Program-made: the position numbers and the translations under genes | Origin: Helicobacteraceae bacterium | GTDB taxonomy: Bacteria > Campylobacterota > Campylobacteria > Campylobacterales > SZUA-545 | DNA length: 64,000 nucleotides | Assembly (NCBI GenBank): GCA_031258155.1 | Contig: JAIRNH010000056.1 | Span: 4,872 to 68,871, forward strand | Direction: 5' to 3' | Part shown: positions 48,361-55,554 of the stretch, piece after piece | How positions within the stretch are numbered: position 1 is the stretch's first letter | Layout of the letters: the number at the start of each line of letters is the position of its first letter | The notes under the pieces: generated by a model | What the model was told of the DNA's origin: nothing | Database searches by the model: none | What the model saw: the letters and a program-made list of their open reading frames with translations, nothing else

Positions 48361-48798
48361 CCGCGCTGTCTCGCCAAACCATTCGGCAATAGAGCTTGCG
48401 ACGCTTTAACGCAAAGGCTTGCCTTTTGTTGGTTGATCAAACGGCAGTCGGCGCTTTTAGCCGATTGCGCGTAAAGATAGCGTTTGATTTCAACAAAAGC
48501 GATCGTAAGGTTTCAAAAACGCCGCCGCCGCGGGCGATCTGGACAAATCCTTGCGCCATAAAATTGACGGCGCGGCGCAAATAAACCGCCGCTAAAGTAG
48601 CGCGTTGCGATCGGGCTATCTCTCGAAATAACCGCTTAGCTACAACAAATAGCGACGCGGTTTGAAACCAAGCGAAAGATAAAGAGCGCTCTATCGCGCG
48701 GCATAACAAGCGATCGGCGCGTAATCCGTAACGTCGGAGGCTTTTTACGCAAGAGCGGCGATCGCGGCTTTACTTCCTCGCGTCAGCTTTGGTAAATT

Positions 48799-49269
48799 TT
48801 AGAAAGGGGCGTTGATCTTCTCGTGATTTAGTAGCCACGCCTTTTTGCTTGCGCCCCAGCCGTAAGCGCCAACGCCGCCGCTCGCGTGCAATACGCGGTG
48901 GCACGCGATCGCGATCGCGAACGGATTACGGCTAACCGCGCAAGCGGCGGCGCGATAGGCTTTCGGGTTGCCCGCCAGCGCGGCGAGGGAGCCGTATGAG
49001 AGCGTTCGAGCGTATTCCACGCGCAAAAGCGCCAAAAGAACTTTTTTATAAAAAGGTTGCGGCGGCAACTTAAACGGCAAAACCGAAAAATCGGGGCGCT
49101 CGCCTCGAAAATAGTCGTCTAGCAACTCAATCGCTTTGGCGGAAACGGGGTTTGAAACCCGCTTGCCGTCCGGTTTGCGAAAGCCGATCGACAAAAGCCG
49201 CGTCTCGTCGGCTAAAACGAATAACTCGCCGATTGGCGTTTCTAGCGTTTCGTAACTCGCCAAAGACAA
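48799..49269 (-). CDS. ogt: methylated-DNA--protein-cysteine methyltransferase
   Basis: 156 aa; active-site IACHRV; LSYGSLAALAGNPKAYRAA helix-turn-helix region. Confidence 0.85.
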   Translation of the reverse strand: MSLASYETLETPIGELFVLADETRLLSIGFRKPDGKRVSNPVSAKAIELLDDYFRGERPDFSVLPFKLPPQPFYKKVLLALLRVEYARTLSYGSLAALAGNPKAYRAAACAVSRNPFAIAIACHRVLHASGGVGAYGWGASKKAWLLNHEKINAPF

Positions 49270-49391
49270 TTTTGCGCCCTCTTAAATATTTAGCGCGATC
49301 TTATCAATTTTGCGCTGTCGGACGCGCCTTGCAAAATCTCCTTAGATCGGCAAACTTCTAATATTTTTTCGCCGCCAGCCTCCGATCGCGA

Positions 49392-50612
49392 TTAGGCGCT
49401 CGCTAGTTTGCGACGCAAGACGACAGATAGCGTATCCTTGAAGATCAATATATAGCCGATCGTAAATAACCCGCCGCCTACGCGCGAGAGCGGATCGTAT
49501 AAAATCCCAATCGCTAAACAGACGATCGAGGCGATATGAAAAATCATTTGCAAACGCATAGCGTTTTTAGATATAAAACTATCTCTCATAAGCGTATCTA
49601 TCGCGGCGGTTCGCTCAAGATTAAAATGTGAGAAAAACGGCATAACTTTATAAACCGCCGCGTTAATAAACGATAAAACAAATCCGCCAATAAACAGTAT
49701 GGCAAACATTGCGTCGTAACGCTCGCCTTCGATAAACAAAAATGGCGCGGAAGCGATAAGGCAACACATAGAAAACCGCCAAAACGACGGATCCTCGTCG
49801 CCTCGCTCGCGCCGACGCGTCCTTATAAGCGAGATAACGCCGAAGGTTGTTAAAACCGCCGCCGCGCATATTTTAACGACCAAGGCGACATAAAACCGAT
49901 CGATCGATAAGAGGACAAAAAACGACAGAATAATCAACGTAAAATACAGTAGCGGAACGCCAATTTGACAGCATATCTTTGGATACGGCGGCGTAGCGTA
50001 AAGTAGGGGCAAAAACCGCCTTGAAACGCTCATGATCAACAAAGAAATCCACATTACAAAGCCCCAGCTTAAATGCAGATCGGATAATGTTACGCTCGCT
50101 TGATCGGCGGGTTGAAGGCAGCGCTCCAACGATAGATGCGCTCCTAGCAAAACGGTAATCGCTAATCCGATCAGCGCGAGGCGAATCAGCCATATAGAAG
50201 AGTCTGAATCTTGGAGACGATATAGCTTATATATTATAGTAACGGCGAATGGAATCAGCGACAAAAAAAACGCGACGCCGCCCAGCGTAAAACCGATCGG
50301 TTCGGCGGCGATGAATCCGTAACAAAGCGCCAATACGCCAATATTTAACGCAAAAAATACGACGGATGAAAACCGCTTAACCGCAAACGACGCCGCGCTT
50401 GCGGCTAGCGCCAAAAAAAGCGCGCCGATCGCGATCATAGAGATTAAACCGATCGCGACGATATGAGTTAGCGCGTAGGAAAGCGGTTGAAAGCGGTCGA
50501 TAAGCGGCGACGATCCATTAGCGGCGATTATCGCGCCCGCAACGACTCCAAAGAGCGGCGCGGCGAGAAAAAAACGCGAAACCGCCCGCTCTATCGACAA
50601 ATCCTCGCTCAT
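49392..50612 (-). CDS. polytopic membrane protein (about 11-12 TM), possibly NnrS-like
   Basis: 406 aa; hydrophobic throughout; N-terminal SRFFLAAPLF and THIVAIGL segments loosely resemble NnrS; family call is tentative. Confidence 0.7.
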   Translation of the reverse strand: MSEDLSIERAVSRFFLAAPLFGVVAGAIIAANGSSPLIDRFQPLSYALTHIVAIGLISMIAIGALFLALAASAASFAVKRFSSVVFFALNIGVLALCYGFIAAEPIGFTLGGVAFFLSLIPFAVTIIYKLYRLQDSDSSIWLIRLALIGLAITVLLGAHLSLERCLQPADQASVTLSDLHLSWGFVMWISLLIMSVSRRFLPLLYATPPYPKICCQIGVPLLYFTLIILSFFVLLSIDRFYVALVVKICAAAVLTTFGVISLIRTRRRERGDEDPSFWRFSMCCLIASAPFLFIEGERYDAMFAILFIGGFVLSFINAAVYKVMPFFSHFNLERTAAIDTLMRDSFISKNAMRLQMIFHIASIVCLAIGILYDPLSRVGGGLFTIGYILIFKDTLSVVLRRKLASA

Positions 50613-50842
50613 ATCGCCCGCTTCGGCGCCAAAAAGAGGCGCGCGCGTATCGCACGCAAAAAAGCCGCGCTCTTTGCCGTCTGTTTTGATCGCGTTTTTC
50701 GCCCGTTTTGTTTCCGCTCGTCGATCGTAAAACGCCGTTTCAGGCAGGCGGTCGTTATACCGAAAAAATCGACGGCGCTCAAATAAAACTCGATTGGCAT
50801 ATCCGCGTCCTTGCGGCGCAATTGTGCCAAAAAATGGTTCAA
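50609..50842 (-). CDS. small basic hypothetical protein
   Basis: 77-aa ORF that exactly fills the gap between rrc and the membrane protein gene; ATGA overlap with the latter; no domain recognised. Confidence 0.35.
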   Translation of the reverse strand: MNHFLAQLRRKDADMPIEFYLSAVDFFGITTACLKRRFTIDERKQNGRKTRSKQTAKSAAFLRAIRARLFLAPKRAI

Positions 50843-50849
50843 TCTCCGT

Positions 50850-51494
50850 TTATAACCCGATCCGTTTAAAATGTCCTTGCGGCGCTTTGCATACTAGACA
50901 GGCTTTCGGCGCGTTTTTGCCTCTGTGAACGTGTCCGCAAATATCGCATATCCAGATTTCCTCGCTTTCGCTCGCAAAAAAGCCGCGCTCTCTTAATTCG
51001 TTCTCAAGCGCGAGATATTTCGCCTCGTGTTCCACCTCTACCTTGCCAATCGAATTAAACAGCCTAGCTATATCGTCAAACCCCTCTTCTTTGGCGATTT
51101 TCGCGAAATCCGGATACATAGTCGTATGCTCGTATCGCTCTCCCGCCGCGGCGTAAAGTAGATTTGCGGACGTTTTTTCCCAATCGTCGCCTCTAGTTAG
51201 CCTGTTATACGCCGCAAACTCCATTTTGGCGTGGTTATGTTCGTTGAAGGCAAACTCGTCGAAAAAAGCGGCGATCTGATTAAATCCCTCTTTTCTCGCT
51301 ATTTCGGCGAAAAAGTTGTATTTATTGCGCGCCTGCGACTCTCCCGCGAACGCCTTGAGCAAATTAACCGCCGTTACATTCTCGTTGACGACTTGCATTG
51401 GCTCGCCGCAACAGGTTAAAACGCCGCCGCCGACCTTTTGAATCTCCGCTTCGTTGCCGCATTTAGCGCACCTGAACGTTTGATACTGTTTCAT
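50850..51494 (-). CDS. rrc: desulforubrerythrin (desulforedoxin-like + rubrerythrin four-helix bundle + rubredoxin)
   Basis: 214 aa; N-terminal CAKC-x15-CC desulforedoxin pattern; ExxH diiron motifs (EHNH, YEHT, VEHE); C-terminal CDIC...CLVC rubredoxin; same architecture as C. jejuni Rrc. Confidence 0.85.
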   Translation of the reverse strand: MKQYQTFRCAKCGNEAEIQKVGGGVLTCCGEPMQVVNENVTAVNLLKAFAGESQARNKYNFFAEIARKEGFNQIAAFFDEFAFNEHNHAKMEFAAYNRLTRGDDWEKTSANLLYAAAGERYEHTTMYPDFAKIAKEEGFDDIARLFNSIGKVEVEHEAKYLALENELRERGFFASESEEIWICDICGHVHRGKNAPKACLVCKAPQGHFKRIGL

Positions 51495-51544
51495 TTCTCC
51501 ATCCTTTTTATTTTGAATGGCGTAAGCATAACCTTTTTTTAATT

Positions 51545-51560
51545 AAGAATTTTTATTCTT
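51545..51560. promoter_or_regulatory. perfect 16-bp palindrome AAGAAT-TTTT-ATTCTT in the rrc/hypB divergent promoter region
   Basis: read directly; followed by TGATAAT; 51 nt from the rrc start and 98 nt from the hypB start. Confidence 0.4.
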
Positions 51561-51657
51561 TGATAATCGCGCGCGGAGCGCTAAAAGTCGGGCTGTGATA
51601 CCATAAAGCGATTTAGAAACGCGCGCAAGCGGTTTAAAACTATTTTAAGGCGTTTAT

Positions 51658-52344
51658 ATGTCGTCGATTGAAAACGTAGAAAACAACCCTAACCTAAACA
51701 ACGCGAAAACCGTAACGATTATGAGGCGCGTGCTTGAGACCAACGACCAAAACGCCGTCGCCAACCGTCGCGAGTTTGACGCGAAAGGCGTTCTGGCGAT
51801 CAACCTTATGTCAAGCCCCGGTAGCGGCAAAACGACGCTGTTAGAGGCGACGGCGAAAGCGGCGGATTTTAAGTTCGCCGTGATCGAGGGCGATATGGAG
51901 ACCAACCGCGACGCCGAGCGGCTCGCCAAGCTCGGCGTGCAGGCGTATCAGATTACGACGGGGACGGCTTGCCATCTCGAAGCGGATATGGTGCGCGACG
52001 CGATGGGCAAAATGGAGCTAGGCGGCTTGGACGTCGTTTTTATCGAAAACGTGGGCAACCTCGTATGCCCCGCAAGCTACGAGCTTGGATCGCATATCAA
52101 CGTCGCGCTGATCTCTACTCCCGAAGGCGACGATAAGGTGTTGAAGTATCCCGTTATGTTTCGCGCCGTCGATCTGGCGCTGATTACGAAAGTCGAGCTG
52201 GCGGGGCTGTTTGATTTCAGCGTCGATCGGGTGGTAAGCGAAGCGAAGCGGCTAAAGCCCGAAATCGAAACGATCGCTTTGAGCGCCAAAACTGGCGAAG
52301 GCGTAGATCGCTGGCTTAGCTTTATCAAAAGCCGTCTGTCGTGA
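51658..52344 (+). CDS. hypB: hydrogenase nickel incorporation GTPase HypB
   Basis: 228 aa; SSPGSGKTTLLE P-loop; ENVGNLVCP; no His-rich N-terminus. Confidence 0.9.
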   Translation: MSSIENVENNPNLNNAKTVTIMRRVLETNDQNAVANRREFDAKGVLAINLMSSPGSGKTTLLEATAKAADFKFAVIEGDMETNRDAERLAKLGVQAYQITTGTACHLEADMVRDAMGKMELGGLDVVFIENVGNLVCPASYELGSHINVALISTPEGDDKVLKYPVMFRAVDLALITKVELAGLFDFSVDRVVSEAKRLKPEIETIALSAKTGEGVDRWLSFIKSRLS

Positions 52345-53345
52345 GCGGCGTTATCACGCTTGCGCACGGCGCGGGCGGGCTGGAGACCAAAGAGCTGATC
52401 GATCGAGTTTTCGCGCGCGCGCTTGGCAACGACTATCTAAGCGAGGGCGAGGACGCGGCGCTAATCCCCGCGGGCAGATACGCCGTTTCAACCGACGGCT
52501 TTATTGTTTCGCCGCCGATCTTTAACGGCGGCGATATTGGCAAGCTCGCCGTAGCCGGCAGTTGCAACGACGTGGCTATGCGCGGCGCGAAGCCTAAGTT
52601 TTTAACCGCGTCGTTTATTATCGAGGAGGGCGTAAGTTTTGATCTATTGGAGACGATTGTCGCCTCGTTTGCCGCCGAGCTGATAAAAAACGAGGCGAAA
52701 CTGATCGCCGCCGACACAAAGGTAACGCCAAGAGATCAAGCGGGGGGCGGATTGTATATCGCCGCGAGCGCCTTTGGCGAGGTCAAGCTGGAGGGTTTGG
52801 GGGCGAAAAATCTTCGAGAGGGCGACTATATTATCGCAAGCGGAACATGCGGCGATCACGGCGCGGCGATCTTCGCGGCGCGAGAGGGCATAGCGTTAGA
52901 AGGCGATCTCAAAAGCGATTGCGCGTCGCTGTGGGGCTTGGTTTCGCGTTTGATCGACGCAAAATTGCCGATCGTCTGCATGCGCGACGCTACGCGCGGC
53001 GGCTTGGCGGCGGTTACAAACGAGTGGGCGATCGCCGCTAACGTCGCCATAACGCTTAAAGAGGCGTCCATCGGCGTGAAAAACGAGGTCAAAGGCGCGT
53101 GCGAACTGCTGGGCTTCGAGCCTTACGCGCTCGCCAACGAGGGAATGATGATCGTAGCCGCGCGCGGCGAAGCGGCGGCAAAAGAGGCGCTAAACGTTAT
53201 GCGTTCAAATGCGCTTGGGCTTCGCGCCGCGATTATCGGGCATGTCGGCGGCGATCATAAAGGGCGCGTAGTTTTGGAAACGTCGCATAAAACCTCGCGC
53301 TTTTTAGAAACGCCAAGCGGCGAATTGTTACCGCGTATCTGTTAA
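52341..53345 (+). CDS. hypE: hydrogenase maturation carbamoyl dehydratase HypE
   Basis: 334 aa; GTG start overlapping the hypB stop; AIR-synthase-like fold motifs; C-terminal PRIC. Confidence 0.9.
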   Translation: MSGVITLAHGAGGLETKELIDRVFARALGNDYLSEGEDAALIPAGRYAVSTDGFIVSPPIFNGGDIGKLAVAGSCNDVAMRGAKPKFLTASFIIEEGVSFDLLETIVASFAAELIKNEAKLIAADTKVTPRDQAGGGLYIAASAFGEVKLEGLGAKNLREGDYIIASGTCGDHGAAIFAAREGIALEGDLKSDCASLWGLVSRLIDAKLPIVCMRDATRGGLAAVTNEWAIAANVAITLKEASIGVKNEVKGACELLGFEPYALANEGMMIVAARGEAAAKEALNVMRSNALGLRAAIIGHVGGDHKGRVVLETSHKTSRFLETPSGELLPRIC

Positions 53346-53351
53346 ATCGCC

Positions 53352-53693
53352 ATGCACGAGTACTCGGTCGTTCAGGCGCTATTAGATCAGTGCGAGCGCG
53401 AGGCGAAAAAAGCGGGCGCGAGCAGGGTTTTGCGTATCGAGGTAAAAGCGGGCAAACTAAGCGGAATCGAGCCAAAACTGCTAAAAACGGCGTTTGAGTT
53501 TTTTAGCGAGGATAGTTTTTGCAAAGGCGCGAAACTGCGCGTGGTTACTCAAAACGTAGCGATCGAATGCAAAGAGTGCGGAGCTAAAAGCGAACTAACC
53601 GAGTTGGATTTTTGCTGTCCAAAATGCAAGAGCGCGGAAATAACGATTATCGACGGGGAAGACCTGATTTTAACAAGTATCGAGATGGAATAA
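53352..53693 (+). CDS. hypA: hydrogenase nickel insertion protein HypA
   Basis: 113 aa; MHE N-terminus; CKEC...CPKC zinc site. Confidence 0.9.
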   Translation: MHEYSVVQALLDQCEREAKKAGASRVLRIEVKAGKLSGIEPKLLKTAFEFFSEDSFCKGAKLRVVTQNVAIECKECGAKSELTELDFCCPKCKSAEITIIDGEDLILTSIEME

Positions 53694-53697
53694 ACCC

Positions 53698-53717
53698 TCC
53701 GACCAAATCGGACTTTT
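53698..53717 (+). terminator. weak stem-loop TCCGA-N5-TCGGA followed by CTTTT after hypA
   Basis: read directly, 5 nt after the hypA stop. Confidence 0.35.
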
Positions 53718-53755
53718 GCCGTCCCAAACGCGAGAGCGCGTTAAACGCTTCGCCC

Positions 53756-53782
53756 GTCATTCCCGCGAAGGCGGGAATCCAT
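53756..53782. repeat. hairpin repeat unit GTCATTCCC-GCGAAGGC-GGGAATCCAT
   Basis: ATTCCC-N8-GGGAAT at 53759-53778; identical core to 10497-10516. Confidence 0.85.
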
Positions 53783-53838
53783 AAAAAAGGTTAAAACAAC
53801 CTACGCAATACGCTTAATATTACGATTGTCTAAAAGAG

Positions 53839-53865
53839 ATGGATTCCCGCTTTCGCAAGAATGAC
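53839..53865. repeat. hairpin repeat unit, inverted orientation, degenerate right arm (ATGGATTCCC-GCTTTCGC-AAGAATGAC)
   Basis: aligns with 11511-11537. Confidence 0.7.
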
Positions 53866-53872
53866 AATTCGC

Positions 53873-53899
53873 GTCATACCCGCGTAGGCGGGTATCCAT
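53873..53899. repeat. hairpin repeat unit, ATACCC variant (GTCATACCC-GCGTAGGC-GGGTATCCAT)
   Basis: ATACCC-N8-GGGTAT at 53876-53895. Confidence 0.8.
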
Positions 53900-53955
53900 T
53901 TTTTGACGATCGCGGAAATGACAAGAGAAACGGGAACGGCAATGCGCGCGGCGGT

Positions 53956-54521
53956 TTAATCGCTTGCGACGCTAACTTCGGTTAAGGTTTTGCGATAGGG
54001 TATAGAACCGCTATCGCCATCAAACTTATCGCCCACAGAAGCGCCCGTCGCATAAACCTTGCCGTCTTTTGACAACGCGAAGGAGTGATAACTGCCGGTG
54101 GACGCGGCGATAATGTTTTTATCGCTTAAAACGCTAACTTCGGAAAGGTATTGCGGTTGGCATTGTCGCCTAAACCAAGCTGACCGTCGCTGCTATATCC
54201 CGTAACATAGACCTTGCCATCCTTTGATAGCGCGAGGGAGTGATTGTCGGCGGCGGATACGGCGATAATGTTGGATTTAATTTCGCCTTCGCCGCCTTCG
54301 TTTTCCGAGCTTTTCTTACCGCAACCAATCAAAGCGAACGAAATAAACGCGATCGTTAATAGTTTAGTAGAGATAAGAAATAGTTTTTTAAGCGGCGCTA
54401 AAACCGCTAGTTTAGTCAAAAGCGATCGCCGGTTATCCGTCGGCGACGGGTTTAATAACTCGCAATAGCAGATTGATTTAGATTGCGTTAGACTAATTTT
54501 TCTCAAAAAAGACGATAACAC
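53956..54521 (-). pseudogene. RCC1-repeat lipoprotein-like gene, frameshifted (paralogue of 10635-11218)
   Basis: ORF 54126-54521 (MLSSFLRKISLTQSKS..., lipobox FALIGC, blade HSLALSKDGKVYVTGYSSDGQLGLGD) stops after NRNTFPKLAF. The next blade (EVSVLSDKNIIAASTGSYHSFALSKDGKVYATG...) continues in another frame to TAA at 53956-53958. A single-nt indel near 54141-54150 explains this. Confidence 0.7.
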
Positions 54522-54793
54522 GACAAACTTCTTGACGGCTTAAAATAAAGCTCTTTGGGTAACAGCCCTATTTAACTTAAAACGTCGAGCGCCGCAAAAA
54601 CGTTAGATCGCCGCGATAAAAGCAAATAACCTCCGTCGCCTCTTTTGGAGCGCCAACGCGATTTGCCAAAAGAGCTAACATAAGCCCAATATCCCCAAAG
54701 CGATCCGCTTATTTTTAGAGCGCTAACGCGGCGGCTTAGTCGCTTACAACGCGAAGCCTCGATCGCCTTTTGTCGTTAAAGCCGCGTTTGCCC

Positions 54794-54822
54794 TTGACTT
54801 TTAAGCGTCGCGGCGCTAGAAT
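54794..54822 (+). promoter_or_regulatory. sigma70-type promoter TTGACT-N17-TAGAAT for the ArsR/CadC-like gene
   Basis: hexamers at 54794-54799 and 54817-54822 read directly. Confidence 0.5.
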
Positions 54823-54824
54823 GG

Positions 54825-54840
54825 TTGAACAGTTATTCAA
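54825..54840. promoter_or_regulatory. ArsR/SmtB-type operator candidate TTGAACAGTTATTCAA
   Basis: imperfect inverted repeat 2 nt after the -10; core TGAACA-GT-TATTCA matches the SmtB/CzrA/CadC-type operator core as I recall it. Confidence 0.5.
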
Positions 54841-54905
54841 CTATTGTGCGCTGCCGCCAATTGGCAAATCGCGCGGCAAACGCCAATACGCGCAAGGAGA
54901 AGATT

Positions 54906-55343
54906 GTGGGAATAAAAAACGACGCTTTGCTTATTGATAATAGCGCTTCGTCGGGATCAAACGGCGCGACGCATTCAAGAGCGGCAAACAACGGCGCGGC
55001 GGCTATCTGCGATTGCAACGTAATACACAAGGAGGTCGTCAATCGCGTGAGAGCGTCTATGCCAAGCGACGAAGCGCTCTTCGATCTAGCGGAGCTTTTC
55101 AAGGTTTTTGGCGATTCTACGCGGGTAAAGATACTTTGCGCGCTATTCCAAAATCGAATGTGCGTGTGCGATATAGCCGCGTTGCTCGGCATGACAAAAT
55201 CGGCGATTTCGCACCAATTGCGCGTGCTAAAGCAGGCGAAGTTGGCGAAGTATAAAAAAGAGGGCAAGGTGGTCTATTACTCGCTTGAGGACGATCATAT
55301 AAAAAACATATTTGATCAAGGTTTTAGCCATATTATGGAGTAA
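54906..55343 (+). CDS. ArsR/SmtB family metalloregulator, CadC-like
   Basis: 145 aa from the GTG at 54906 (AAGGAG 6 nt upstream); DSTRVKILCAL...CVCDIAALLGMTKSAISHQLRVLK winged HTH with CVC in alpha3; CDC in the N-terminal arm. Confidence 0.8.
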   Translation: MGIKNDALLIDNSASSGSNGATHSRAANNGAAAICDCNVIHKEVVNRVRASMPSDEALFDLAELFKVFGDSTRVKILCALFQNRMCVCDIAALLGMTKSAISHQLRVLKQAKLAKYKKEGKVVYYSLEDDHIKNIFDQGFSHIME

Positions 55344-55433
55344 CGCGGCGGCGTTTATTTTGCGGCGCGATCGCTAGTTTTCGATTAAGGACATAGCGAT
55401 CGCGGGGGGCAAAAGTTACGCTTTATCAATCGG

Positions 55434-55449
55434 TTGAATATATGCTCAA
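55434..55449. promoter_or_regulatory. second ArsR/SmtB-type operator candidate TTGAATATATGCTCAA upstream of the ATPase
   Basis: TGAATA-TA-TGCTCA imperfect inverted repeat 105 nt upstream of the ATPase ATG. Confidence 0.35.
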
Positions 55450-55554
55450 TTGATATATTAAACGCGCCTGATCGCGACCGCTTCAAATGTTCGGCGGACA
55501 AAGCGCGTTAGCGGCGAAAATCGTCAAAAGACGATCGCAAAGGGGAGATTTAAG

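Noticed and set aside
48437-48709. 90-aa minus-strand ORF in the gene-poor region
   Set aside because: It has no SD, no recognisable domain and an Arg/Ala-rich composition. It could be a gene remnant but cannot be supported from sequence alone.
53612-53794. 60-aa ORF ending ...PVIPAKAGIHKKG
   Set aside because: It overlaps the hypA 3' end out of frame and reads through a hairpin repeat unit. It is a translation artefact of the repeat.
53750-53900. Possible mini-CRISPR array (three similar 27-nt units)
   Set aside because: The units alternate in orientation, are internally palindromic with variable arms, have irregular spacing (56 and 7 nt), and there are no cas genes. They fit a REP/dRS3-like repeat family better.
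54825-54905. TTG start at 54825 for the ArsR/CadC-like gene
   Set aside because: This start would lie 2 nt after the -10 hexamer and inside the operator. The GTG at 54906 has an AAGGAG SD and yields a normal-length regulator.
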